NCBI GenBank assembly: GCA_002269645.1
Contig: NIVC01001346.1
Span: 62,001 to 126,000 of the forward strand
Source: Macrostomum lignano
Lineage: Eukaryota
DNA: 64,000 bases
Direction: 5' to 3'
Positions within the stretch are counted from its first letter, which is position 1. The number at the start of each line of letters is the position of its first letter. Shown here piece by piece: positions 36,811 to 50,858 of this stretch. The notes beneath the pieces are model-generated. The model did no database searches, was not told the origin of the DNA, and was given only the letters and a program-made list of their open reading frames with translations. Made by a program: the position numbers and the translations under genes.

Positions 36811-37398
36811 GTGGGCTGCTCTGGCGACTGTCCGCTGAAGCGAGCGCCCAACAAGATCTGCCTGCACTGTCGGCAGCCAATGTGCCTTGACGGGGCTTGC
36901 CTTCGCCGGACGTACAACGATCGGGCTCGGGAGGCTCCAGACTCTCAGCTGCATCAGCCGCAGCAACAGCAGCCGCAGCGCAAGAATTCTCAAGTGTTGC
37001 TACCGTCGAAGTTTTGCAAACCCTGCGAAGTGACCAGCCGGCCCCCGGTGGTGTCGCGCCAGCGTCAGCAAGGCGGAAATGTCGGCGTCGGCTTATTGTC
37101 CAGACCGCGCTCGCAACTGCCTACTTATTCTAGTAGTGCGCAAAGTAAACGGCCGAAATCTGTTGAAATTCGTCAACAGCGCCAGCAGCGACAGAGGCAG
37201 CCGGCCGGGAGGCAGCCGACTTCGGTGAACTTTTCAGAGCAGCTGCGAGACGCTTCGGTTATCGATGTCACCAGGGAGCAGAACCGGTTCAAAGCTTACA
37301 CCGGCGTCGGCCGGAACACGCTGATTCCTGGAAAGACCCGAGTGTCAATGAGGCGACACTCGCTAACTGCCAACAGGAGGGTCTGGTCGGCTGTTTGA
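36811..37398 (+). CDS. FAM217-like gene terminal exon (VGCSGDCP...CLHCRQPMCLDGAC...)
   Basis: Acceptor ctcaaag|GTG (phase 0). Four exons total 2034 nt = 677 aa plus stop. Confidence 0.8.
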   Translation: MGCSGDCPLKRAPNKICLHCRQPMCLDGACLRRTYNDRAREAPDSQLHQPQQQQPQRKNSQVLLPSKFCKPCEVTSRPPVVSRQRQQGGNVGVGLLSRPRSQLPTYSSSAQSKRPKSVEIRQQRQQRQRQPAGRQPTSVNFSEQLRDASVIDVTREQNRFKAYTGVGRNTLIPGKTRVSMRRHSLTANRRVWSAV

Positions 37399-37484
37399 CT
37401 GCGTTACTGACACAGACAATCTGTTTTGCCTGTAGATATTTCTGCTTCAAAGTTTGGGATTTCACCTGGAAAGGCGTGGTTGCA

Positions 37485-37625
37485 GGAGTGAGGCGGGTGA
37501 TGGAGTGAGCCGGGTGATGGAATGAGGTGGGTGATGGAGTGAGGCGGGTGATGAGTGAGGTGGGTGATGGAGTGAGGTAGGTGATGGAGTGAGGCGGGTG
37601 ATGGAATGGAGTGAGGTGGGTGATA
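37485..37625. repeat. Short array of about 17 bp (GAGTGAGGCGGGTGATG)n
   Basis: Direct inspection. Confidence 0.8.
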
Positions 37626-38259
37626 CGTGTAGGAATGGCGGCATTGTGGCGGTGAGGGTGGAATGGTTGACTGGTTCAGGATTTCACTTCTTTTGAAGTA
37701 TTCAGAAGATATACGGTAAAAGATCAAAAGTTCAATGCACTGCCAGTAAATGGGAAAAAAAGTTTTAAAATGAAGACATTTACGATCTGAAAATAGAGAA
37801 GCAAAATCTGTATTGAAAAGCGGACTGCGACTTACTTTTCATTTAAATCCGTCATGCGACTATTGAAATTATTCTTTGAAAGATTAACAAAAGAAAGTCG
37901 CGATGATAGATTATTTTCACGTAAAAATAAAATAACCCCGCTTCTCTTTGCTTTCAAGGTCCATTGCAAACTTTCCTGCTGCTTCAAGGCAAGCCTTTGT
38001 TATTATTTGCGCCGAAATCCCACTGTGACTCTAACTTTCATATACTCGTTTTTATTTGATTAACCAATAATTTATTAGTAATGCCGCCAAATGCAGCCAG
38101 TTGATACAGTTCTTTTTATTGAAATTCTTTTTTAATTCAGACTCTAAATTTATAATAAGCAGATACGATTAGACTAATTAAAGACTAAACTAATTACGAT
38201 ATCTGCTGTTCAGGGCCAGGCATCCGTTGGTGTGACAAGTGTGGATCGATTTCTGTGGG

Positions 38260-38456
38260 GTGAGGTGGTGGGGAGTGAGGTGGTGGAGAGTGCGGTGGTG
38301 GGGAGTGGGGTGGTGGGGCTAGGGTGGTGGGGCTAGGGTGGTTTGGAGTGGGGTGGTGGGGAGTGGGGTAGTGGGGGAATGGCCGGTGGTGGGGAGTGAG
38401 GTGGTGGAGAGTGGGGTGGTGGAGAGTGGGGTGGTGGGGAGTGAGGTGGTGGAGAG
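38260..38456. repeat. G-rich array of about 16 bp (GGGGAGTGGGGTGGTG)n
   Basis: Direct inspection. Confidence 0.8.
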
Positions 38457-38984
38457 TTAAGGGTCTGTTATAATCTATTTATGCAGTAGAGCAGTTAAGT
38501 TTTCACAAGATAATTTTAAATCTCAGAAAGATTTAGCTTAAGCGCGTATATTTACGATTAAGAGTGTGCACTCACTTTCAGTAATTACGAGTAACAGTAC
38601 TCACGGCGCATAGGAGGCGTGCAAGAATGCAGACAGACTTTAACAAAAAGTAATAGGGATAACAGTGCTGCTTAATAGAACAGGTTCGCAAGAAGCTTAT
38701 TGAATTGCAAACAGAATTAATGTCTAAAAAGTAGCCGAGTTTTGAAAAAAATGATTCTGACAGCGGAACCAAAGCGCACAGGGGCAAGCAGCGTGTTGGG
38801 AAGTTTTGAACTGGACACGTTCAACTTCTATTAAGTTCAGTTTGAGTCAGCAGCAAAGGTGTCCTCGGGTCGGCGTGGAGGCTGCCACGCAAAGCTGGGC
38901 GCCAAGAGTCGAAAACTTTCACAGTCAAATTTAAACAAAGTAATATTTTCTCGGTAAAATTTAAATTTCGCGTATAATTTGTAA

Positions 38985-39705
38985 TGTGGACAAGACTGAT
39001 TGGAGAGTGGACAAGACTGATTGGAGAGTGGACAAGACTGATTGGAGAGTGGACAAGACTGAATGGAGAGTGGACAAGACTAATTGGAGAGTGGACAAGA
39101 CTGAATGGAGAGTGGACAAGACTAATTGGAGAGTGGACAAGACTGATTGGAGAGCGGACAAGACTAATTGGAGAGTGGACAAGACTGAATGGAGAGTGGA
39201 CAAGACTAATTGGAGAGTGGACAAGACTGATTGGAGAGCGGACAAGACTGATTGGAGAGTGGACAAGACTGAATGGAGAGTGGACAAGACTGATTGGAGA
39301 GCGGACAAGACTGAATGGAGAGCGGACAAGACTGATTGGAGAGCGGACAAGACTGATTGGAGAGCGGACAAGACTGATTGGAGAGCGGACAAGACTGATT
39401 GGAGAGCGGACAAGACTGAATGGAGAGTGGACAAGACTGAATGGAGAGTGGACAAGACTGAATGGAGAGTGGACAAGACTGATTGGAGAGCGGACAAGAC
39501 TGAATGGAGAGCGACAAGACTGATTGGAGAGCGGACAAGACTGATTGGAGAGCGGACAAGACTGAATGGAGAGTGGACAAGACTGATTGGAGAGCGGACA
39601 AGACTGAATGGAGAGCGACAAGACTGATTGGAGAGCGGACAAGACTGATTGGAGAGCGGACAAGACTGAATGGAGAGCGGACAAGACTGAATGGAGAGTG
39701 GACAA
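38985..39705. repeat. 21-bp minisatellite (GGACAAGACTGATTGGAGAGT)n
   Basis: Direct inspection. Confidence 0.95.
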
Positions 39706-40349
39706 GTGAGAATAGCAGAAAGTGACACAATGAAACAAAGCAAAATTGATTTAAAAGCTTGCCATTCTCAGTCGCTAAGCAGCATTGGACAATATTATGA
39801 GTACACTATTTAGACCTCGAAGGCGCGTACATTATCAGCAGGAAACTCGAATCTTATGGCGGTCTGACGCAAGATCTGGGCTTGAGGAAAAATCATCATT
39901 ATCAAGGAATATTATTCAAAGGAGAAAAACGTGGGCTGGGCAACCCTAGCCGTGGCGAGTACAAAATATCCAATGTCCGACTAGCAAGCTGGCAATTTGC
40001 ATGGTTACACACGCTTTATTAGAGTGCCCATAGCATAGAGTAATTGCTGCGGATTAAGACAGGTGCAAGCGGATGTGCATGGATCGGAGGGTCAGGCGCT
40101 GCTCTGCGCAAATATAATGGCATGGCCAACCCCAACACGAAATGATGGACAGAAGATTAATGATCGACTGCATGATTAACTGACTGCTAGCTCTTTCTAG
40201 AGTCGCTAGTAACTAGTCATTCGGAAATTAAAATATCTCCAGAAGCAGCAGAAATAGAAACGGAAAGAGAGGACAATGTGTGAATAGCGAGTGGACAAGA
40301 ACAGACGTAGATTTCGGAAAAGATAGGTCAGACAAGGAAGCCAATACAT

Positions 40350-40535
40350 GACAGACCAGACAGGACAGACAACACAGATCAGACAGGACAGACAACACAG
40401 ATCAGACAGGACAGACAACACAGATCAGACAGGACAGACAACACAGATCAGACAGGACAGACAACACAGATCAGACAGGACAGACAACACAGATCAGACA
40501 GGACAGACAACACAGATCAGACAGGACAGACACCA
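40350..40535. repeat. 23-bp minisatellite (CAGACAGGACAGACAACACAGAT)n abutting the RGK stop
   Basis: Direct inspection. Confidence 0.9.
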
Positions 40536-40540
40536 CCAGC

Positions 40541-40815
40541 CTAGCTGTGGTCGCCCTCCTCGCAGGACTTGGATGTAAAGTGCTTTTTAATAAAGTTGCC
40601 AATCATTGTTCTCGGCGACCGGAGCCGCATCGACGCTCGCAGACCGCGACCGTCTTTCTCCTTGCTGATGAGCTTGCTCCGTTCCTTCTCCATCTTGCGC
40701 TGCTGGGTCTTGATCTGGCCGAGAATGCTTACCAGCAGTTCGTCGACGTTGTGATTTAACGCGGTGGAAATCTCGATAAACTTGGCATTGTACACCCCGG
40801 CCAGGTTCTTGGCAT
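40541..40815 (-). CDS. Rgk: RGK-family GTPase exon 4 (G5 region and C-terminal tail)
   Basis: Acceptor cacccgcag|AT (phase 1). DAKNLAGVYNAKFIEISTALNHNVDELLVSILGQIK...FTSKSCEEGDHS*; NHNVDELL and SKSC are RGK hallmarks. Confidence 0.9.
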
Positions 40816-40844
40816 CTGCGGGTGAGCCAAAGGCGGGACTGATA

Positions 40845-41500
40845 ATGGGAATGAGGATCCGGGTGATGATGGGAACGAGGACCCGGGTGATGATGGGAAT
40901 GAGGACCCGGGTAATGATGGGAATGAGGACCCGGGTGATGATGAGATTGAGGACACGGGTGATGATGAGATTGAGGACACGGGTGATGATGGGAACGAGG
41001 ACCCGGGTGATGATGAGATTGAGGACCCGGGTGATGATGGGAATGAGGACCCGGGTGATGATGGGAATGAGGACCCGGGTGATGATGAGATTGAGGACCC
41101 GGGTGATGATGGGAATGAGGATCCGGGAGATGATGGGAACGAGGACCCGGGTGATGATGGGAACGAGGACCCGGGTGATGATGGGAATGAGGACCCGGGT
41201 GATGATGAGATTGAGGACCCGGGTGATGATGGGAATGATGACCCAGGTGATGATGAGAATGATGACCCGGGTGTTGATGGGAGTGATGACCCGGGTGTTG
41301 ATGGGAATGAGGATCCGGGTGATGATGAGATTGGGGACTCGGGTGATGATGAGATTGGGGACTCGGGTGATGATGAGATTGGGGACTCGGGTGATGATGA
41401 GATTGGGGACTCGGGTGATGATGAGATTGGGGACTCGGGTGATGATGAGATTGGGGACTCGGGTGATGATGAGATTGGGGACTCGGGTGATGATGAGATT
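40845..41500. repeat. 24-bp minisatellite (GATGATGGGAATGAGGACCCGGGT)n
   Basis: Direct inspection. Confidence 0.95.
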
Positions 41501-42214
41501 AAGAACCGTGGAAAAAGCTTGCTTAATTCACTATCATGCCGATACTCCAGACTCGACAAGAATGACAAATTGTCAGTTGGCTGCGTGCTCGTGAAAAGTT
41601 CGTTAAGAACTCATGGCTCATTAAGTCACCCGTTCCGGACGAAATGGACTGACACAGAGGCACGCGGTAATGAAATCTGGTCAGTTGCATGTCCTTCACT
41701 CTCTATTATAGCTACGAAGTAAACAGATACATATGGGAAGCTTGGAGAGCACATTAGTACACACAGGTTAATAGGAGGGGCGAACCAGCGGCCCCTGTAT
41801 GGCCGCGAGAGAGCGATTACGAGCGGGAGAATTCAGAGAGATAGGGAAAAGGGAAGTGGCGGAATTGGAGAGCCAGACAGCCAGCCAGGTAAAGAGCGCG
41901 AGCACTTCAGGCGCCACGTGTTTTCACTCGGCTTCGCTCTGGCGCTCCTCGTCCCCCCCTCCCGACCCTTAAACTTGTTTCCCTCCCAGTCTCCGCTCTT
42001 CTCCATCTATCTATTCAGTCCGGTTTAACCCGGCGAAATATGCAGCCGCCCCAGCCTCATCAAAGAGGGGGGGACGGGGCTGCGGAGTTTGGCCGCACGG
42101 AAAATGCCAATTCAAGGTCAGCTGGGAATGGAAAGGAACGGGGGCGAGCTGGAGAGGCTGTGAACTTTTCACCGCAGCAGCTCCCGCCTATGCCTGTCTG
42201 TCTGCCCGGCTATC

Positions 42215-42870
<656 letters not shown>

Positions 42871-43554
42871 TATCTAAGCAGGCACACAATAAAGCCAGCA
42901 GATGGCAGTCAGCAAAAGAACGCCTGCACTCAGAGCAAGTACCCCATTGAAACCCAATAGCCAGACTGCAATCGCCGTTTTTCATCTCCCTTGCACTTCT
43001 TGGATTGCCAGTGTTACTCCAGCGTGAGCAACAGCAGCAGTCGAAGGACGCCCAGTCAGAACTGTGATTGGGTTGCCCACAGAGTCGAGTTTTTGACTGT
43101 CTGCCCCGCGCTCGGAATCGCTAACTAAACCCAGATGAAGCCCCTCTGACTGACTGACAAACTTCATTGCGACCCCCCCCCCGATGGTGTCAGCTCAGCG
43201 TCTGTTCCCCTGGAAAAATCAGATGAGCTTGCGGAGCACGAAGCGATGGGCCAAGCGGCTTGGGGCAAACACGGCTGCTGGGTTTCCCACAGCCTGTCCG
43301 TTTGCATCGGCTGGGGAAGCGGAAGCAGAAAAAATTAAATTGATGGGTGAGGAAGGCCGGTTCGCGGGTTAGATTTCCGAGGGGTTGGCGGTTCTTTATA
43401 GAATAAATTATTCTGTTAGAAAAGCAGCTGTCGAAGTTAATTTCTGGGTAGCTTCATCTTACGACAATTAATTCGGATCCCTGATAAATTCTCAAAAAGT
43501 TATTGATCGAATTGGGAGAAAAGTTCATCAGAATTGCTCAAGATTGCGAAAGAC

Positions 43555-44790
43555 TCAGTGGGAATTGCTCAGATAGACTCGGGACTCATGGGGAATTGGT
43601 CAGATAGACTCGGGACTCATGGGGAATTGGTCAGATAGACTCGGGACTCATGGGGAATTGGTCAGATAGACTCGGGACTCATGGGGAATTGGTCAGATAG
43701 ACTCGGGACTCATGGGGAATTGGTCAGATAGACTCGGGACTCATGGGGAATTGGTCAGATAGACTCGGGACTCATGGGGAATTGGTCAGATAGACTCGGG
43801 ACTCATGGGGAATTGGTCAGATAGACTCGGGACTCATGGGGAATTGGTCAGATAGACTCGGGACTCAGGGGGAATTGGTCAGATAGACTCAGGACTCATG
43901 GGGAATTGGTCAGATAGACTGGGGGACTCAGGGGGAATTGGTCAGATAGACTGGGAGACTCAGGGGGAATTGGTCAGATAGACTGGGGGACTCAGGGGGA
44001 ATTGGGCAGATAGACTGGGGGACTCATGGGGAATTGGGCAGATAGACTGGGGGACTCAGGGGGAATTGGTCAGATAGACTGGGGGACTCAGGGGGAATTG
44101 GTCAGATAGACTGGGGGACTCAGGGGGAATTGGTCAGATAGACTGGGGGACTCAGGGGGAATTGGTCAGATAGACTGGGAGACTCAGGGGGAATTGGTCA
44201 GATAGACTGGGGGACTCAGGGGGAATTGGTCAGATAGACTGGGGGACTCAGGGGGAATTGGTCAGATAGACTGGGGGACTCATGGGGAATTGGGCAGATA
44301 GACTGGGGGACTCAGGGGGAATTGGTCAGATAGACTGGGGGACTCAGGGGGAATTGGTCAGATAGACTGGGGGACTCAGGGGGAATTGGTCAGATAGACT
44401 GGGGGACTCAGGGGGAATTGGTCAGATAGACTGGGAGACTCGGGGGGATTGCTCAGATAGACTGGGGGACTCAGGGGGGATTGCTCAGATAGACTGGGGG
44501 ACTCGGGGGGATTGCTCAGATAGACTGGGGGACTAAGGGGGGATTGCTCAGATAGACTGGGGGACTAAGTGGGGATTGCTCAGATAGACTGGGGGACTAA
44601 GTGGGGATTGCTCAGATAGACTGAGGGACTAAGGGGGGATTGCTCAGATAGACTGGGGGACTAAGGGAGGATTGCTCAGATAGACTGGGGGACTAAGGGG
44701 GGATTGCTCAGATAGACTGGGGCACTCATGGGGAATTGGTCAGATAGACTGGGGGACTCAGGGGGGATTGCTCAGATAGACTGTGGACTC
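43555..44790. repeat. 31-bp minisatellite (GGGGAATTGGTCAGATAGACTCGGGACTCAT)n with a left-to-right variant gradient
   Basis: Direct inspection. Confidence 0.95.
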
Positions 44791-44837
44791 AGGGGGAATT
44801 GCCCAGAAAGCACAGATATCAATGCGCATTTAATTAC

Positions 44838-45018
44838 CATCTCTGGTGACCTCGCGGCTGCGCACCAAGTCGGACTTGTTGGCCACAATGATGAGTGCGG
44901 CCGATTTTCTGGCTTCGCTCACCAGCTCGTTGAGGATCTGCTTGGCAAAATTGAACGAACGCCGGCTGTCTACAGCGAAGACAATCATGTAGGCGTCGAC
45001 ATCCATCACTATGACGCT
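44838..45018 (-). CDS. Rgk: RGK-family GTPase exon 3 (G4 NKxD region)
   Basis: Acceptor cctccgcag|AGC (phase 0), donor GATG|gtaatt (phase 1). SVIVMDVDAYMIVFAVDSRRSF...IIVANKSDLVRSREVTRD. Confidence 0.92.
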
Positions 45019-45134
45019 CTGCGGAGGTGGGGGATGATTGCAACAATCTGCTTCTGAGAGAGTGTACAGTGTTTCTTGTGAAAATAACCTTGTTAACCTT
45101 GAACAACATCCAGAGTGACCTAGCATGAAGTGAA

Positions 45135-45398
45135 TCTTCAGATTTACTTGATGGAAAACTTCAGATTTACCCGAATCGAATCTTCAGATTTACCTGAATC
45201 GAATCTTCAGATTTACCTGAATCGAATCTTCAGATTTACCTGAAGCGAATCTTCAGATTTACCCGAATCGAATCTTCAGATTTACCCGAATCGAATCTTC
45301 AGATTTACCTGAAGCGAATCTTCAGATTTACTTAAAGCGAATGTTCAGATTTACTTGAAGCGAATCTTCAGATTTACCTGAAGCGAATCTTCAGATTT
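45135..45398. repeat. 23-bp minisatellite (AATCTTCAGATTTACCTGAATCG)n
   Basis: Direct inspection. Confidence 0.92.
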
Positions 45399-46009
45399 AA
45401 TTAGAGAGCACCTTTTAGCAGAGCAGAATAAAAGTGAGCCGAAGAGACAAGGTGTGAGCTATTACAGTTATTAAAAAATCCAAACTAGCGAAGCTCTTTA
45501 GAGAAACTTTCGCTCCATTGCCCCCATCGAATCGAATCGAAAGAGATTTTTCCATCAACTCACTCTTCAGACTGAAGCCCGAGCTTGAAGTCTCGGGGGG
45601 GGGGGGCAAGCTCAAAGCTGAGCAGTGGCGCAAAGGCGGTGGGGGTTCGGGGGATCTCAAATCAGTAACTAATTACCGTTGAGTCGCATCTGCTCGCTCG
45701 ACTCAAGAGGAGAGAAAAAGAGGCTTATCTAAATATCTTCTGACTGCAGAATCCTGTCTTCTTGTCTCTGCGTGCGCGCCTGCGCCTGCTTCTGTTCTTT
45801 TCTTTCCTCTGACTCTTCTGACTAAAAGAGACTTTAGTCTCTCTATAATTCTTTTGCATCAGAGTGGGGCCTCTTCAGAAATGCAATTTGCGCCAGGAAC
45901 TTTCTTTATTGGTAACGAAGGCAAAACAGGGAAATAGGGAGCCTGAAGCAAGCCGAAGTTCTGTCCGAGCGATTGAAGCTTTGTGGTCAGTTAAATAACT
46001 TTGCTATGG

Positions 46010-46335
46010 CTGTCCGTCTGCCTGTCTGTCTTTGAGTCCTGCCTTTCTGTCTTTGAGTCCTGCCTTTCTGTCTTTGAGTCTGCCTGTCTGTCTTGAGTCT
46101 GCAAGTCTGTCTGTCTTTGAGTCTGCCTGTCTGTCTTTGAGTCTGCCTGCCTGTCTGCTTTGAGTCTGCCTGTCTGCTTTGAGTCTGCCTGTCTGTCTTT
46201 GAGTCCTGCCTGTCTGCTTTGAGTCTGCCTGTCTGTCTTTGAGTCCTGCCTGTCTGCTTTGAGTCTGCCTGTCTGCTTTGAGTCTGCCTGTCTGTCTTTG
46301 AGTCCTGCCTGTCTGCTTTGAGTCTGCCTGTCTCA
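46010..46335. repeat. Array of about 20 bp (CTGCCTGTCTGTCTTTGAGT)n
   Basis: Direct inspection. Confidence 0.9.
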
Positions 46336-46774
46336 GTGCCTACCCAAGCTTTGCACAGAGGGAGAGCTGAAAATAAAAGTGCAGAATGTTCCTACGGTAC
46401 CAGAAAAGGTTAGCAAAGTAATTGATAGAGTTTGTCGGTGAAGTTATAAAGAGGATTAATTTTGGTTCAAAATTTCTCGCTCCAACTGACTAATTTTAAC
46501 TTTAAATTATTAATTGTTTTTATAGCCTGTACAACTGAAACTGAAAGAGTTCTGTGACAGTCGAGTTGCACAGACAAGAAGACAAAGGAAACATTGAGAG
46601 GCAAACAGCTAGTAGAAACCCCTGCATCTTAGTACAGAGAGCAACTCTGTCGAACCTTGTTTAACTGAAATGATTGAGCACCGTTAAAAGTATGCGATAT
46701 GAGGCTCGGATATTATTTCATTTTCAGACAATCATTTTAAATAAAGCGAACTACATGTAATCGTATTGGCGAAC

Positions 46775-46881
46775 CTTGGGATCGTCGGCCCGCTCTGTGT
46801 CCAGAAAGGTCATGTGGTACTCTTCACTGTCCAACAGCACCGTCACGAATTTCTCCTGCGACTCGTCCAGCTGGTCGTCAT
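46775..46881 (-). CDS. Rgk: RGK-family GTPase exon 2 (switch/G3 region); not in the ORF track
   Basis: Acceptor caatcaag|AT (phase 1), donor AAG|gttcgc (phase 0). DDDQLDESQEKFVTVLLDSEEYHMTFLDTERADDPK. Confidence 0.85.
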
Positions 46882-46959
46882 CTTGATTGGCAGGTGGGTG
46901 GGTTAGGTAGATGATAGACGGATAAATGAGTGGCTTGTTTAGCTGTTTGCATGTTAATC

Positions 46960-47365
<406 letters not shown>

Positions 47366-48079
47366 ATCCGCAAATTGCAGCCGAACTCAGTACGCAGGTA
47401 GATGCAACCTAGCTTTCAACTTTCAAGCCCAATTCCGAGTACTCAATACTTGAAATTTGACTAACTTTAGGAGCTTCAAAGGTGCTCGCGATTCCAATCG
47501 ATCAACCCTATCGGAGCAAAGGCCATCGGGAAGGGACAGTATTCCCAATGACAGCCCTATTTTAATCTGTTGCTGAGTAGTTAATCTCATGAGGTTAATC
47601 TCTCGAGCTGTTGAGAGGCAGGCACAGGTTGAGAACTACCCATCCTTTGACCGGGTAGCCTTCAAAGTCAAAATCTTCTTGCAATCTTTGCCGCAAACGC
47701 GGATTCACGTTCGTTGCGTTGTAGCTTTCTAACTAATTTGTCCGCAACCCAAGCACATTGTACCTTATTGGGCTTTATGATGGGGATGATAAGAGAGGCT
47801 GGATAGGTGCGATGCAGCCCCAACCAGCTTCCAGACAGACAGACGAGCGGAGATCTGCATGGTTAGAAGTGGAATGTGCATGAAATCTCCCAGTAGGTTT
47901 TGTCCGTTATCCCCTTCCTACCTCCCTTAGGCGTTCAAGAAGAACTTAAACTAGAATATGGAATGCCAAGTCTTCCCCGAAGATCATCATTTTCAGACAT
48001 TTTCTGAAGTAAGTTTATAGGCATCAGTTTTTTTCTGTGCTAAAATTAAAATGAGAAGAATCAGTCTCCAAAGGAAGGT

Positions 48080-48690
48080 CTCGGGGGTCAAGTCTCGGTG
48101 GGGGGGGGCAATTCTCGGGGGGGAGTCTCGGTGGGGGGGCAAGTCTCGGTGAGGGGGGCAAGTCTCGGTGGGGGGCAATTCTCGGGGGGGAGTCTCGGTG
48201 GGGGGCAATTCTCGGGGGGGGGAGTCTCGGTGGGGGCAATTCTCGGGGGGGAGTCTCGGTGGGGGGCAATTCTCGGGGGGGAGTCTCGGTGGGGGGGCAA
48301 GTCTCGGGGGGGGAGTCTCGGTGGGGGGCAATTCTCGGGGGGGAGTCTCGGTGGGGGGCAATTCTCGGGGGGGGGAGTCTCGGTGGGGGGGCAATTCTCG
48401 GGGGGGAGTCTCGGTGGGGGGGCAAGTCTCGGTGAGGCGGGCAAGTCTCGGTGGGGGGCAATTCTCGGGGGGGGAGTCTCGGTGGGGGGGGCAAGTCTCG
48501 GTGAGGGGGGCAAGTCTCGGTGTGGGGGGCAATTCTCGGGGGGGGGGGAGTCTCGGTGGGGGGGGCAAGTCTCGGTGAGGGGGGCAAGTCTCGGTGGGGG
48601 GGCAAATCTCGGTCAGGGGGGCAAGTCTGTGTGGGGGGAGTCTTGGTGGGGGGGGGCAAATCTCGGTGGGGGCAAGTCTCGGGTGGCAAG
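48080..48690. repeat. G-tract-rich minisatellite of about 30 bp (GGGGGGCAATTCTCGGGGGGGAGTCTCGGT)n
   Basis: Direct inspection; G-run lengths vary between units. Confidence 0.92.
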
Positions 48691-49414
48691 TTTCAAAAGC
48701 CAGGTTTTTAATGATACCTGGCTTATAAGCATTGGTTGAATCCAGCAGTTGCCTAAACTGGCCTAGTTGATGAAGAGTTGCTAACTCCAGATTCCCATCG
48801 AAGTTCTCCTTGGCCTGAGGCCCGGCGGTTATTTGTTAAATTATTAATGCCCTCAGCCGGGGGGGGGGGGCAGCTCTCCGGAGGTCCACCAATGCAGGAT
48901 AATTCTTTCAACCCGACGATGCAGCGTTATCCTCTTCACTTTGGCGTGGGATTTTGTCAGGCGCCCTGCTGCTGCTGCTGCTGCTGCTGGTGCCCTGTGG
49001 GAAACTTTTTCTCTAGATCTCGACCTGCAGAAGTCGAAGCCATTCAGTGTCTCCTCCGCAAGCGAGCTGCTTCTAGGCAACCCCCCCCCCCGATTTTTCT
49101 CTTCCACTCGGATGGCCAGGCAAGAGGGAGACAGGGAGGAAGGGAAGAGAGCTGGGGAGCAGGTCTCAGCTATTTGGTGTGTTGCGTATTTAGCAAGTTC
49201 CATTCCACGAATCTTCAATTTTGCCTCCGCTTCTCCTCTCCACTTTCAGCACTCCAGCTTAGCAGCTAGTGGTGGCTTCTAAATCCCTAGCTGTGCTTAG
49301 TAGCTCAATCTGCTAGCGAGTTGTCAATCTGTGCGATTGTACTTTAGTTGAGAAACAAAAATTGACTGACTTGCCGTCTTATTGTACTGTTGTTAGTAAG
49401 CAGAAAAACAGGCT

Positions 49415-50718
49415 TTGGTGTGGGGACACGTCACTGTGTGGGGACATTTACGGTGTGGGGACAGTAGGCCTCGGTGTGGGGACAGTAGGCCTCGGTGTGG
49501 GGACATATCACGGTGTGGGGACAGTAGGTTTCAGTGTGGGGACAGTAGGCATCGGTGTGGGGACAGTAGGCCTCGGTGTGGGGACATGTCACGGTGTGGG
49601 GACAGTAGGCCTTAGTGTGGGGACAGTAGGCATCGGTGTGGGGACAGTAGGCCTTAGTGTGGGGACACGTCACTGTGTGGGGACATATCACGGTGTGGGG
49701 ACAGTAGGCCTCGGTGTGGGGACAGTAGGCCTCGGTGTGGGGACAGTAGGCCTCGGTGTGGGGACATATCACGGTGTGGGGACAGTAGGTTTCAGTGTGG
49801 GGACAGTAGGCATCGGTGTGGGGACAGTAGGCCTCGGTGTGGGGACATGTCACGGTGTGGGGACAGTAGGCCTTAGTGTGGGGACAGTAGGCATCGGTGT
49901 GGGGACAGTAGGCCTTAGTGTGCGGACAGTAGGCATCGGTGTGAGGACATGTCTCGGTGTGGGGACATGTCTCGGTGTGGGGACAGTAGGCCTTGGTGTG
50001 GGGACATGTCTCGGTGTGGGGACAGTAGGCCTTGGTGTGGGGACATGTCTCGGTGTGGGGACATGTCTCGGTGTGGGGACATGTCTCGGTGTGGGGACAT
50101 GTCTCGGTGTGGGGACATGTCTCGGTGTGGGGACAGTAGGCCTTGGTGTGGGGACATGTCTCGGTGTGGGGACATGTCTCGGTGTGGGGACATGTCTCGG
50201 TGTGGGGACATGTCTCGGTGTGGGGACATGTCTCGGTGTGGGGACATGTCTCGGTGTGGGGACATGTCTCGGTGTGGGGACATGTCTCGGTGTGGGGACA
50301 TGTCTCGGTGTGGGGACATGTCTCGGTGTGGGGACATGTCTCGGTGTGGGGACATGTCTCGGTGTGGGGACAGTAGGCCTTGGTGTGGGGACATGTCTCG
50401 GTGTGGGGACATGTCTCGGTGTGGGGACATGTCTCGGTGTGGGGACATGTCTCGGTGTGGGGACATGTCTCGGTGTGGGGACATGTCTCGGTGTGGGGAC
50501 ATGTCTCGGTGTGGGGACATGTCTCGGTGTGGGGACATGTCTCGGTGTGGGGACATGTCTCGGTGTGGGGACATGTCTCGGTGTGGGGACATGTCTCGGT
50601 GTGGGGACATGTCTCGGTGTGGGGACATGTCTCGGTGTGGGGACATGTCTCGGTGTGGGGACATGTCTCGGTGTGGGGACATGTCTCGGTGTGGGGACAT
50701 GTCTCGGTGTGGGGACAG
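49415..50718. repeat. Mixed 21-bp and 18-bp minisatellite (GGTGTGGGGACAGTAGGCCTC / GGTGTGGGGACATGTCTC)
   Basis: Direct inspection; the 21-mer dominates on the left and the 18-mer on the right. Confidence 0.95.
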
Positions 50719-50858
50719 GTTGCAGTTAGTCTAAAAGGTGCTTTATTACTCAAAAAATGCATTAAGCACTTTTACGCAACTGCTCGAGGGTTTCTGCTTT
50801 CACGCATTAGCAGTGGCTATATTGGCACGCCAGCATACAGGATTCGCGCACTGCTCAC

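Noticed and set aside
49362-50762. 455-aa and 443-aa Cys/His-repeat ORFs (GVGTCL, CPHTET) resembling metal-binding proteins
   Set aside because: 18/21-bp minisatellite (multiples of 3) open on both strands inside RGK intron 1
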